DNA from: Blasia pusilla
Taxonomy: Eukaryota
Assembly: GCA_050084515.1 (NCBI GenBank)
Contig: CM114271.1
Span: forward strand, 8,370,001-8,434,000
Direction of reading: 5' to 3'
Length of the DNA: 64,000 nt
The stretch's first letter is position 1. Each line of letters starts with the position of its first letter. The notes below the pieces were generated by a model, which saw nothing but the letters and a program-made list of their open reading frames with translations, made no database searches and was not told the origin of the DNA. Of this stretch, positions 36,059 through 47,926 are shown one piece after another. Made by a program: the position numbers and the translations under genes.

Positions 36059-38157
36059 ACATCCCATGATCGATCTTCTCAATATGGGTGTAGATGTCAA
36101 CCTATCCTTTAAGAAATTCAAATGCTCTCTCTTGCTCATCCCTCGAGTGCCACTTGTGATCCACCTTGGTCGGCAAGGTTAGCGGCTTCGCAATCAAACT
36201 GAAACCCTTGACATACCGTCGATAGAAGTTTGCCAATCCCATGAATGCAAGAACTCGACTCATATCTCTACGGCATGGAATACGGGAAATAGCCCCTATC
36301 TTTGTCTGTTGTACACCAAGGCCACTTGGGTATATCGTATGACCCAAGTACTCAATCTCGTCATAAAAGAACTTGCACTTGTATGGATGGAACTTCAGCC
36401 CATGTAACTGCAATCGTAAAAAAACCTCCTCCAAATGTCGCTCATGCTCCTCAATCATGGCGCTAAAGACTACCATGTCATCAATACAACACCTAGAAAT
36501 ATCCAAACCTGCCAAGATCCTATCCATGACCCTTTGCAACTCTGTTGGGGCATTCTTTAATCCAAATGGTAAGAACCACCAATGGCAAAAAGAATCCTTC
36601 CCATGAGGATCGATATCCCAAAATGTCATTTTCTACATGTCCTCCAATCTGATAGGCAGTTGATGGTATCAAGCTTGAAGATCCAACAAACTAAAGACCT
36701 TTGCATGTCCAATAACATCAAAGATTACCTCAGAAGTGGGCATGGCATACCTACAGGACTTTGTCAACCAATTAATAGGTTGGTAATCTCCACACATCCG
36801 CCTATCCGTCCAGCTGCCATGCACATCCTTCTTGGCGGGCATGACAATGGCACATGCACACTCTCCATAGAACTCTCCACTACTCTTGCTCCAACCAAGT
36901 CCTAGATCCTACTCTGAATCAGAGCCCTCTCCATATCACTATACCTGTACGGTCGTCTGAAGATTGACGTATCACTAGACAAGTCAATGCAGATCCCTAG
37001 AACCTTCAACGTACCCAAATTATGCACGTTAAATGCAAAACAACTCCTATGACTCTTAAGGAACTGATGTATCCAACGCAACTCTCCTCTTGTCAACTTA
37101 GGGCCCATATCTGGCTCCCAAGTCTCCATCGTACTATGGTAGGATTATCAGGCATGGGTATGGGTGGTTACTATGGTGCAATCCTATCTCAAACAACAGA
37201 ACTCAAGTGCTCCCTTATAGCAAACTCCAAACTCTCATCTCCTCCAAAGATCTGGCGTACCTACATTACATCCCAATAAGTCCAAGGATGTCTTTCTTGA
37301 TCATCCTTGCTATGTCGATCTCCTTGGGTCTCGCCCCCAGCCATTGCTTCAACCATTTCGGCAAGCATGGGCTTACCAATGCAACGTCTAGGACTTGTTG
37401 CAACCTCATCTGATGTTGCTGAGCTACTCCTAAGCTAATAATCCATGTAAGGCAATTTAGATCCATTGCTTGATCCAAGACATGACGTCATGATGCCTCT
37501 GATAGTGATGGTACTGTAGTCACTCATGTGGGAAGTCCCATCGCTATGCAGGGTCATCCCAAACCAAGAAAGGACCGTCCTCCTTGTATGCATAGGAAGC
37601 AGGAAAACTCACAAACATGGAAAAGGCTGCGTGTGGCATGCCAATCCTGTTGACCACAATCAACGACTGTCGATCATCATGCCTCACTGCTTGTGATCGA
37701 TGATTGGGATCCATAATAGAATCCACCTACAAATGGGAGGGGCGCTCCACTCTTACATACGCCCTCCATAACACCTTGTGTGGCACCAAGTTGGGCCACT
37801 ATAGACGCGGGCCATGTGCTCATGAACCTACACTCGCCGCATCCAAAAACACTATTGGTCTAATCCATACGCGCACCTATGTGCACTTGTCACCACCCGT
37901 GACCTCGAATTGCCCAAAAAATAGGTACATTCTCAACGAACATGAGTTATTCTCCTGCAAGTGTCGAAAGATCCTCATCATCTCCCAAAACAACTTGAAC
38001 TGAGTGTTAGCCAACTCGCTTCCGCGTCCATCACTTGACTAACATGGCCAACCAGCAATGACCAAATCAATGGTCCCTCCCCGCTCCAAGTCCTACACCC
38101 CAACAATGAAATATCCTTTCCTAGGGAACTCTGGTACCTTGTACGGCTGACGTAGGC
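36059..38157 (-). mobile_element. DNMT-gypsy copy 2: methyltransferase motifs III-X running into RT
   Basis: Collinear with 19960-21621 plus 17050-17573: IDLVIAGWPC (GWPC at 38053-38042), LFWEMMRI, QAVRHDDR...VVNRIGMP, QAMDLNCLTWI, METWEPDMGPKLT, then RT unbroken across GKDSFCHWWFLPFGLKNAP...CCIDDMVVF. Confidence 0.92.
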
Positions 38158-38159
38158 CC

Positions 38160-38873
38160 TATTGTCAACTCTGGTGCTATGTGCCCAACATGATTTTTTT
38201 TGTTCATGTTGCCACCATCTACGAGGTGATTCCAAGCACTCATTAGCCCACGAAGCATTTCCCCAATCTCCTACCCCGATGTATGGGTTTGAGTTGGATC
38301 CTAAATGGATGAAAATGTTCCTAGCATGAAGGCCAGTATGAAGAACCCCACGCTTGTGGAAAGTATCCACCGTACCAAGAAGGACAACCACAAGCTGGAC
38401 GATATTAGATTCCATCGTGAGACATCTGATCTTTTCCAACTCTCATATATTAGCCTCACCATTCTTCAAAGTATGGCATGCTCGCAACCAATTTTCAAGG
38501 TGCCCACCATTCTAATATGGATAGATGCAACGCGGTGGATCCTCCACCAACCTTCCCACCATGCGAACAAAGCCTCGATGTAAAATAGTCGCAAACATCT
38601 CATCGTGCATCATCGATTTTCTTGAAAACGATCAAGATCAATCCCTAAACAAACCTTAATGCAATAGTAAATATCTTCACTAAAGCCAAGGGTTTGGTTT
38701 ATTTTACATCGGTATATAGTTATGTGTAAACCTAATCCTACAATAGCCTCAAGATCATCTCCTACTACTACGTTCTTGTCAAAAAGCCATGTAACTCCAC
38801 ATGTAACTCCACATGGAACTAACAATGTGTGCCCTACGGAAGTACTACGTCCCTTGAAAAGAGAGTTGAGCAT
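38160..38873 (-). pseudogene. Intronless protein kinase-like fragment, degenerate
   Basis: GLGLHITIYRC (Gly-loop-like), YCIKV (conserved Lys), YPY*NGGHLENWL (hinge), HKRGVLHTGLHARNIF (catalytic loop with Asp replaced by Gly), VGDWG (DFG-like). Stops and a frameshift; truncated by DNMT-gypsy copy 2. Confidence 0.65.
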
Positions 38874-39989
38874 TTTTTAACTCTACACTAAATCTTTCAA
38901 TGAGAGTTGTCTATGCAACATTCAACTTCTCATTCTTATATGTCTTGAGATTATACACACACTCTCTCCAAGTGAACGCCTTGTTGGGCACAATATTTAC
39001 TTAACCTCTCAGCCTCTTTGGCATCCACTTCCCAGTTAAATTCTTTTGAAACTCTCGTGGACAATCTTTGCAATTCCAAGGTGTAGTCATGGAAACCATC
39101 CATACCCCTCTAAATGGAGGATCGTCTCTTCTCTAATGTAAGGTGGAAAAACCAGTCTAACCATGCCTCTCTTATGGCCATGTTGAATTCATTTGTGGAA
39201 TTTACTATTTTCCTCTTGAAAATATCATTGGACTCGATTTGGTTACCTCCCTCTCTTGATGATCCAACTCCACTTGAGATGTCACTCTAAGGAATAAGAT
39301 ACAAAGGTCTCTTACAAAAACCAACGAAAGAAATGTACAAGTTAAGATAAGGAAGTACCGAAAAGATAATGACAATAGATGCTAAAACAATGGCTCGAGC
39401 AATGTACACTCGCATGAATAATGGAATAGAGATGAGGATTTAGGTTTGGTCACTCAAAGGGAGTATATGCGTGTTTAGATAAGTTTCCTTGACCACCTTC
39501 ACATCCCGGATGTGGTAAGGGGAACCAATTAAACAAATCTAAAACTCGACTCTATGAATCCGAAATCTCAAAATCACCAAACAAATTTAGTGACTAAGGA
39601 TATTCACACACTTACAACCTCTCACTTAATATGGAATCAATTAGAGTTTGTTAAAAACACAACATGGAGCGCAAATATCCAAGTTGGTTGCAAAAAAATC
39701 CAACTACCCCCAAAAGGCACACAATGAATGCCCCAAAAATTCCTAGTAACCTTGAAAGCCCTTAGCTCTCAAGGCACTAATGAAATTTGGAGCCTAATCC
39801 AAAACATCTCTTAAAGAAAAGGAGGAAAATATGGAAAATCAAGATAATTGGGGTTAATTAGCCCCTAATCCCTTTCTTATAAGCATTTTGGGGTGCACTT
39901 GTGGACCCTTTGCTTATGGGTTTTCTCCCAAGATAGGTTTAGAAGGGAGAAGAGGATGAAGGCATGTTCGAATTTAGCCTCCATCAATC

Positions 39990-40600
39990 CCACAATGCCA
40001 TGTGTAGCCGCAGGGTTTGGGGGATGCGGGCCAAACAGGGCCAGACGTGGGTTAGGCGGGTAGGTTTGGGGTGTCCACGTGGCAGCTAATGATTCATTAC
40101 ATGGACGACGGGCTGAAGGCCAACCCTGGTCCACGAGCGGGCTTTGGCATGGTAGGATTGGGCAAGGGCGGGCTAGGGCGCAGGCTGGGTGCGGGCCCAT
40201 GAGCTCGGAGGGGCTAGGCGTAGGCTTGGCACGGGCTGGGCGTGGACTTCTAAGCGCGGGTTAGGCACAAGCTGGGGGTGGGCTTTGGCGGGCTGGGCAC
40301 AGCCTTCTAAGTGCAGGCCTTTTGCGGGGCCGACACGATCAACACGTAAAATGGGGATGGCCCAACGCGGGCCCAACTCATCCGCGACGCAGGATCGACA
40401 CTTGCTATAAATCGGGTGTTAAAAATGGGTTCCGGACGAGATGCAAATTGGCCGAGCAAGGGTGGAATGCTTGGGTGCCGGTCATGGGTATGCGGGCCCT
40501 TGTAGCCCGCACTTGGGCCCATACGTACATGTTCGTCCTTGGGATGTGCATGTCCACGGATACTAATGTTGTTCGCGTGAAACCGTGATATTGGCCCTCT
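39990..40600. repeat. GC-rich low-complexity island of GGGC/GGGCT/GGGCC motifs
   Basis: Abrupt GC increase, with many variants of gggctgggc and gcgggccc between AT-rich flanks; probably the interior of a retroelement LTR or leader. Confidence 0.5.
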
Positions 40601-40974
40601 CCTCAATTACGATGTTGTAGATCCACAAATTTTGACTAGCATGCCATATTGCGAGCGTTTAAATATAGAGCTAAACTCTACAGTTTGTCTTCCGCAGAAA
40701 GATAGAAAGTAGGACCCATCATAGCTCGGGGATGTCATAGTACATATGTCCCATCTACCACATGCGGCTAGGCCCGTATTTGACCCTCTCTATTTTCAGT
40801 CGACTAAACTAAAATATCCTTATAAAAAAATACCCTTTAATAACCTTTTGGCTACTTTTTTCTCTATTTGACCCTCTCTTTCTTTCTTAATTTTTTTAAT
40901 AATCCAAAAAACCATGTGAAGCATAAGTATTTAACATCTATTACAAAAATTACGGATTGTTACGGGTGGGCACT

Positions 40975-41520
40975 CTCCAAGTGCCCACCCAAACATTGAA
41001 TTAAAAATGGAAGACCACAAATATGATCTTGGATTTTTAGTTACATTTTGGACTCAAAAATAGCAAATCCGAGCCGTCCAAGTGTGAGATTACATTACCA
41101 GGACCAAACCTACAAAGTTTCATTCCAATCCAATGATGGAAACAAATATTCGTCATAAATGAAGGAGAATAGTGAAAGGAAGCTCAATGAATCTTCACTC
41201 CAAGCCCTCTTCTTCCACTATCTCCTTCCTTTCTTGGCCTTGATTTTTAGTCACAAGCTCAAAAATCATGAAACTTTGTGAAATGATATTCCCATGCTTT
41301 TGCAATGCAGGGAGAAAAATAGATTCTCCAAGTGCTTACCTAGAGATTGAATAAAAAATGGAAGACCAAAAATATGATCTTGGATTTGTAACTACATCAT
41401 GGAGTCAATATTAGAAAATCCAAACCAACGACGTGGGAGATTACATTCTTAAGACCAAGCTCCCCAAGTTTCACTCCAATCCAATGGTGGAAACAAATCT
41501 TGGCAGGAGATGAAGGAGAA
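40975..41520. repeat. Degenerate direct repeat, two units of about 195 bp spaced 351 bp apart
   Basis: 40975-41169 and 41326-41520 share ctccaagtgc...aaaaatggaagacca.aaatatgatcttggattt...ccaatccaatg.tggaaacaaat...atgaaggagaa. Confidence 0.8.
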
Positions 41521-42458
41521 ATGTAAAATAATCCAAGTGAGTCCCCAGAAATGATCCTAAATGTAACAACTTTCCCTTGAAATCCAGTGGAGGAGGGGAT
41601 CACCGGAAACAAGCCCACAATATACTAATATCAAAATTTTTTAGATTCTATTATTGATATTTTCTTTGGAATTGCATAGCCCCTTCCAACTTCCGACTTT
41701 ATTATCAAATATTTTTGGTGGAACTTCTTCACCCCTTGCAACTTTTTACCAAAGTTTGCACTTTTTCCCCCATTTTTGGAGGTCTTTGCTTACATCAACT
41801 TCATATTTTTTATTTCCCCCTCCCTTGTGTAAGTTCGACAAAATTCCAAAAATCTACTGTTGGCAATTAAAAATACCCTGAAGTTTGACGTACGTTACTG
41901 CCAACTTTTCCTTCACTGACGCCCCCTAGCATCACAAAAATTCCGATTGATAGACTCTCGCATTTAAACCACCATTATCAATGCTTTACTTTTGAAAACG
42001 TCACTGATTGAGATGGTTGGGATCCTCGCCCTGGGCAATTGAGAAGTCCACTATTCAAAATCCAATTGGTTCCATTCTACACACATCGTCTCCTTGCCAC
42101 CATAGACCCCACATCCAGATTGGCAAGAGAAAATATGCGATGGTGCACGGGATATCTCCGAAAACTTGCGCTTGGGCATCGATGCAACATGAGCAAGGTT
42201 TGCACCGCTCATGGATTTCCTGGAGAAGGCCCTCTCTTGGCTCACCTCATCACAAAGAGAGAGATAGCCCTTACTACTCACCCAGTTAAAAATTAAATTT
42301 GTACGAATCTCTACCCATTAATGAAACTAGCACTTGGCCTCGCAACATGGTCTAGGGGTGGCAATCTAAGAGCTCGAAGATTCCTTTCCTACAACACCAT
42401 GAGATCCAAGCAAGCGGTTTGTAACGCCGTCAAGTCCTAGCAAGATCTTGCCTCAAGC

Positions 42459-42524
42459 AACGTCGTTGCCACGGCTCCACCGGCGTTTCCACGGCTCCAA
42501 CGTCGTTGCCACGGCTCCAACGTC
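42459..42524. repeat. 20-bp minisatellite, about 3.3 units (AACGTCGTTGCCACGGCTCC)
   Basis: Units start at 42459, 42479 (variant), 42499 and 42519 (partial). Confidence 0.9.
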
Positions 42525-43384
42525 TCCTCAGGTCACACCTCCAACTTCACGCGACTCTTGGTTCACCTCCACCCGTAGTTCCAACTTCTTTGATTCTATC
42601 TTTGGCCCCAAATTAGCTATCGGAGGCACCTTAGTTATACCAAAGTTAATTGAGTGTCCATCACAGACCTGGGTGGATAGGACCAAAATAATTCACAGAA
42701 TGACAGATGTAACACACAAACATATGTGTGGATTAACGGGGTATGTGTAAAGTCCCTTCGAGTCGTCAATGAAAGCATGACATGCATTCGCTAGATAAGA
42801 TTTGAAAAAAGGGTGCAAAAATACTTCCTTTGTCCATGTTCTCTTAAATCTATATTATTATTTGAGCGCATTCTATTTGTCACGCGACACGTGGGCAACA
42901 AGAGAATGTTTCACATGTTACAAGGTAACAAGAAAAAAAATCGATTTTGTGCGCAACATCCCTTCATGGGCTATACACTAGCAAAACTTCTTCAAACACT
43001 TTTTTTATGGCATTACGAACACCTTACTAGTCTTTTTATAAAAGAATTTTTTTCTTATAGAGAATAATTTTTTTATTTTCCACGTATAGCAACCCTCCAT
43101 GTTTAAGAAATAGTAGATTTTATTTCTAACCGAATAATATTATGTGAACTCGGACGTGCACGGATAGTTGCCCGCCATATTATTTCCCATTCTCCATGGT
43201 AGAATGCATGCACTTTCCACGCATGGTGACGACGACGAGTTTCGTGGTAGATCGGTGGAATTGGCGTTTTTCGGAGGCCGAGCATACCAGGGAGCTTGAC
43301 TACGCTCTCACTTTCGCGTCCGGTCAGAGAATTGCGCATTCTCGGAGTGGGTGCGGGAATGGAGGCGTGCATGTGAGCCAGGAG

Positions 43385-43830
43385 GTGAGTAATCTTTATT
43401 CCAGGGGATGGATGTGGTCGAGGTTGGCTTTTTATAAAGATATTTGGTCTCCTTCACCTGAGCTCTATTTCAACAACCTGCAGGGCCTTCCTGTCATCTT
43501 CATGCGCGGTACTCGTTTACGGCGTCTTGTCTTCGCCTGGCTTTATATCCAGAGCGATCCGTTACTTGAGCTTATTCTGTCCTCTTTTGTCGATATGATT
43601 GGACTGATATTCTGGCTGTGAATTCCGACAACTCGACCAACGGCGGAGTCTTGCTTGCACCGCAGGTGTGCCCGGCAGGGGAAGGGTGCTGCTACGTTCG
43701 GCGGAAATATCTAAGCTTGTGTTTGCAAGATCCTTTCAGGTCTGTTTTATCATTGTTCGTCGCTGATCGATAAACCAGTGTGGATGTTGTTAACGATTTC
43801 ATTCGTGGGGATCCTGATTTGAATGCTTAG
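43385..43830 (+). other. Probable 5' UTR introns of the MTI-MTK gene (43385-43665 and 43740-43830)
   Basis: GAG|GTGAGT donor at 43385 with ...GCACCGCAG acceptor at 43665; CAG|GTCTGT at 43740 with CTGAT branch-like site and ...GCTTAG at 43830. This would place the ATG at 43823 inside an intron. Confidence 0.45.
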
Positions 43831-43906
43831 GCTGTGGCCAGTAGAATTCTGTGAGAATGTCCCTCTGAAAGTGATGAAGTCGAGATCAGGAGCACCAGAC
43901 AGTAGG

Positions 43907-46369
43907 ATGGGGAAAGTGGATTCCTTGGTGGCCATTCGCTATGTGCGGGGGAGTTTGCAGCTACTAGACCAAAGGAAGTTGCCTCATGAATCGACGTATA
44001 TGGATATTGCCGACTCTGACGCAGCTTGGCTTGCCATCAAAGATATGGTGGTGCGTGGGGCACCAGCTATCGCAGTCACGGCAGTGCTCGCACTGGCCGT
44101 AGAGTTGGTAAGTCTTCAAGGCTCCTTCCACGGAGATGGTAAAGATGCGGCTACGTTTATTGAGAAGCGCCTCAAGTTTCTGGTTTCTAGTCGTCCAACT
44201 GCCGTCAATCTTGCAGATGCCTCTCAGAAGCTACAGAAGGTGGCCTTAGAGGCTTCAGGTCTTGATGGAGCGGATGCGAAGAGCGTTTTCAAAGTATATG
44301 TGGAAGCGGCTGAAGAAATACTTGCAGCCGATGTGGTGTCAAACAAGGCCATCGGCGGGTTCGGTGCCGAGGCTATTTTGCGTGCGGTGACGGTGAAGAA
44401 AAATCTGGGAATACTTACACATTGCAATACTGGAAGTCTAGCGACAGCAGGGTATGGAACAGCTTTAGGCGTCATTAGGTCCTTGTATTCCCAGGGAAAA
44501 CTGGAAACGGCTTACTGCACAGAAACGCGCCCTTACAACCAGGGTTCACGGTTGACTGCCTACGAGCTGGTGCACGACAAGATTCCATCGGTACTTGTAG
44601 CAGACTCTGCTGCCGCATCTTTGATGGCTTCAGGGCGTGTTAATGCAGTAGTAGTCGGGGCTGATCGTATTGCGGCGAATGGTGATACTGCGAATAAGAT
44701 TGGCACATTGAGTCTCGCGCTTGCGGCGTCCCGTCTGGGAATCCCTTTTTTCGTCGCTGCTCCTATCACTTCAATTGACGCTCATATCAGTTCAGGTGAT
44801 GAGATTGTGATTGAAGAAAGAGCCAGTTCGGAACTGACTCATGCCAATGGAGGCATAGGACCTCAGATAGCTGCCCCTGGTATTGGTGTTTGGAATCCAG
44901 CTTTTGATGTTACGCCAGGTCGATATATTACTGGCATAATTACTGATAAGGGGGTTGTCTGGGTGGATAAGAAAACCAACATTCTGGATGTCGGTGGGTT
45001 TTTACGTGGAGAATATTTGTTTTCACAGACAGATCTTAATGACATTCCGGATGGTGAGGATGAGGAGATGGTCAACGGAGATAATGGTGGTGATTTCGGG
45101 ACAGCTATCGAGGGACAGACGCAAAAGTATCATACGCTCGATGAGAATGGAGCGGCTGAATATTTGGCAAAACATCCGGCACTATCCGAAAGGCTGGGTG
45201 GTTCAATGAAGGATTGGAGTATTAAAGAGGTTGGAGATGGAAACATGAATCTTGTGTATATTGTGATGGGTCCGAAAGGTTCCGTGGTGCTGAAGCAGTC
45301 TCTTCCCTACGTGCGGTGCGTGGGAGAATCGTGGATGATGACTTTAGAACGCAGCTACTTCGAATCGACGACTCTGAAGAGGCAGTATGAATTAGTCCCA
45401 GATTATGTGCCGGAGCTTTACCATTATGATCGCTCGATGGCTGTGATAGGCATGCGCTACCTGGAACCCCCTCACATCATTTTGAGGAAGGGACTGATGA
45501 AAGGGATTGTGTACCCTCGTCTTGCAGAGCATATGTCTGATTTCATGTCCAAAACTCTCTTCTATACTTCTCTTCTTGCGATCTGCACGATCAAGCACAA
45601 AGCTGAAGCTGCCCGATCTTATGCAAACGTAGAGATGTGCCGACTCACGGAACAGGTCATCTTTACTGAGCCCTATATGCTAGCGGCTAACAACCGTTGG
45701 ACTTCTCCTCAACTAGATGAGGATGCTCGAGCCATTAGGGAGGATAATGAGTTGAAAGTCGAAATTGCTGAGTTGAAAGCAAAATTCTGTGAGCGAACTC
45801 AAGCCCTTCTCCATGGCGATTTGCACACGGGTTCCTTGATGGTAACGGAATCCTCAACACAAGTGATTGATCCGGAATTTAGCTTCTACGGTCCCATGGG
45901 ATTCGACATCGGTGCATTTTTGGGAAATTTGATCCTTTCGTACTATTCCCAAGATGGTCATACTCATACTGAAGGTGATCGCGATGAGTACAAGCGATGG
46001 ATTTTACAGACCGTATCTGAAACTTGGAGCTTATTTGAAGGAAAATTCAAGTCCGAGTGGGACAGAAACTGGGACAGCACCGGAGACGCATATGTAGCGG
46101 CCGTCTACATCAGGCCAGAAGTCCGAAATCTCTCGCAAAAGAGGTACCTAGATGAACTTTTTAGCGATACTCTGGGGTTCGCTGCCGCCAAGATGATCCG
46201 AAGAATTGTTGGTATTGCTCATGTGGAAGATTTTGAGTCGATCGGAGACGAGGACAGGAGGGCATCATGTGAACGCAAAGCTCTGAACTGCGCAAAATCG
46301 TTAATGAAGCAGAGGAGACGACTTTCCAGCATTTCTCAAGTGCTTGATCTAGTCACATGCCATGAATAA
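43907..46369 (+). CDS. MTI-MTK: Bifunctional methylthioribose-1-phosphate isomerase - methylthioribose kinase fusion (methionine salvage / Yang cycle)
   Basis: Uninterrupted ORF (open from 43823; ATG 43907 best matches the plant MTI start, ATG 43874 is an alternative). N-half to about 45005: [81 protein letters not shown] (MtnA). Acidic linker. C-half from about 45128: [66 protein letters not shown] (MtnK). Confidence 0.96.
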   Translation: MGKVDSLVAIRYVRGSLQLLDQRKLPHESTYMDIADSDAAWLAIKDMVVRGAPAIAVTAVLALAVELVSLQGSFHGDGKDAATFIEKRLKFLVSSRPTAVNLADASQKLQKVALEASGLDGADAKSVFKVYVEAAEEILAADVVSNKAIGGFGAEAILRAVTVKKNLGILTHCNTGSLATAGYGTALGVIRSLYSQGKLETAYCTETRPYNQGSRLTAYELVHDKIPSVLVADSAAASLMASGRVNAVVVGADRIAANGDTANKIGTLSLALAASRLGIPFFVAAPITSIDAHISSGDEIVIEERASSELTHANGGIGPQIAAPGIGVWNPAFDVTPGRYITGIITDKGVVWVDKKTNILDVGGFLRGEYLFSQTDLNDIPDGEDEEMVNGDNGGDFGTAIEGQTQKYHTLDENGAAEYLAKHPALSERLGGSMKDWSIKEVGDGNMNLVYIVMGPKGSVVLKQSLPYVRCVGESWMMTLERSYFESTTLKRQYELVPDYVPELYHYDRSMAVIGMRYLEPPHIILRKGLMKGIVYPRLAEHMSDFMSKTLFYTSLLAICTIKHKAEAARSYANVEMCRLTEQVIFTEPYMLAANNRWTSPQLDEDARAIREDNELKVEIAELKAKFCERTQALLHGDLHTGSLMVTESSTQVIDPEFSFYGPMGFDIGAFLGNLILSYYSQDGHTHTEGDRDEYKRWILQTVSETWSLFEGKFKSEWDRNWDSTGDAYVAAVYIRPEVRNLSQKRYLDELFSDTLGFAAAKMIRRIVGIAHVEDFESIGDEDRRASCERKALNCAKSLMKQRRRLSSISQVLDLVTCHE

Positions 46370-47926
46370 GGCGAACTCAGTCCTGCGTGCTATCTCTGGT
46401 CCGGATTTGCCATCAAACCACACGACCTGCATATGATCTCCACCCTAGCACATTTCGCACGTATTTCCAGCAGCGCGATGACGTTCACTGTAAGCTTCCA
46501 TGGGGTCTACTTAGCAATTACCTTTAGCTCGTTCTGGTTGCATTGTCCCTTACATTGCTCGCTCTGCTTACATTGTCCCTCTCATACCTTGCATTTTCAG
46601 CCTCCCCGAGCTAGCTGGTGTAGATTTCATGCACATCACTGCTGGATGTTTCTATCTGCCAATCTATTCTATTGACATCCATAAAATCTAGTGGCTTGAG
46701 TCGTATTGTAGTGTGGGTGAAGAACGTAGAATGCGATTCTAGGCATATGATGGAAGAGAAAGAATCTAGTACATTGCCATCTTGTCGAGTAATGTATTAC
46801 TATCGAGGGCAACTTTAAGAAATAAATGTTTTTTAAGCACCTAAATCTAGTGAATATGGTAAAAAATATTTGGAATGTAGTTGGTCCGCCATGTAGAAAC
46901 AAACGCTATAAGTCTCATCTATGGGACGTGTAATAGGTATCGTGTCGATATTGACGGAGTTCCTGGCGAAAATACGGTACTAGAAAATTTCACTGCCACA
47001 AGTGTATCCTGAATGCCTGTTCATGGGGACTAGGTGAAGTCAGCTACCTCTTCCGCCACTGCACAAACATCCATGAGGAGTTTGCTACAGCGTAGCCTCA
47101 CGGGAGGAGTGGTTGGAAAATGGGGTGCTGATACGACGCTATCGAAAGTAGCCGAGTGCACGCTTTCCGAGGTACACGTTTTGAAGCAGGCAGAAAACAA
47201 CACGGAGTAAAGTGTAAGGTTCAATGAGTTTTAAAATAAATAAATAAACTAATTTTTGTTAGATAATATACCACTATTATGAAATTAGGTCTGAATTTGA
47301 AAGGAGGTGGTCCGTGGTGGCCGGTAGTACTTTAAAGGACGTAAAAATTGGGGTATGTTTTTGCACTCAGTTTCCCAACGATTCCAAAAATGCTACGGCC
47401 AAGATCCGGTTGTTTTCAAAATAACCGGTCAAATTTTCTTGGGCCATGTACTCTTCCATTTATTCTTCAAACATTTATTTCTTGCGCTTGCTTTCTATTT
47501 CTTTCCATCTCCTTCAAGGTTGGGTGGGAACTTGGGAGGCCGGGCAACAAAAACAAACATATACAAAAGATGCCTCCTTTCTTGTTGGCAAACAATTGTG
47601 TACATTCTAAACAAAAATTCATAGGTCATAAGGGGATCTCGGACACGAGTTGAACCTTGTTATGCCTCCCAACCAGTTGGAAACCAAGGATTTCGCCCTT
47701 CAAAAGATTTGGAGTTCTCGAGCTCCCAAATGTTATGAAGGGGTTCTAAATCTAAAAAAGAATGGAGAAATCATTTTAGGAAGACAAGTCAATAGAAGGT
47801 ATAACTGCTTCGACTTCTACTTGAGGACAAAGATAACTTTATGGATTAGCATACATGTACTAAACCTAGTAGACGTTTTACGGAGAACTATTGATTTAGG
47901 AAGGATATCCTCATAGTTAGTAGTAG

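Noticed and set aside
37978-38439. 153-aa ORF as a genuine kinase-methyltransferase fusion protein
   Set aside because: The ORF crosses a junction between two truncated relics and drifts out of the MTase frame; copy 1 shows protease, not kinase, upstream of the MTase.
42459-42524. Short direct repeats as a possible CRISPR array
   Set aside because: Units are contiguous 20-mers with no unique spacers, no cas genes, and the context is eukaryotic; it is a minisatellite.
43823-43906. N-terminal extension of the 848-aa ORF as a transit peptide
   Set aside because: Similarity to MTI starts near ATG 43907, and ATG 43823 falls in a probable UTR intron; not supportable without transcript data.
36059-46369. 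Functional link between the SAM-dependent MTase and the neighbouring methionine-salvage gene
   Set aside because: DNA MTases release SAH, not MTA, and the MTase copies are dead TE fragments; proximity is most likely chance.
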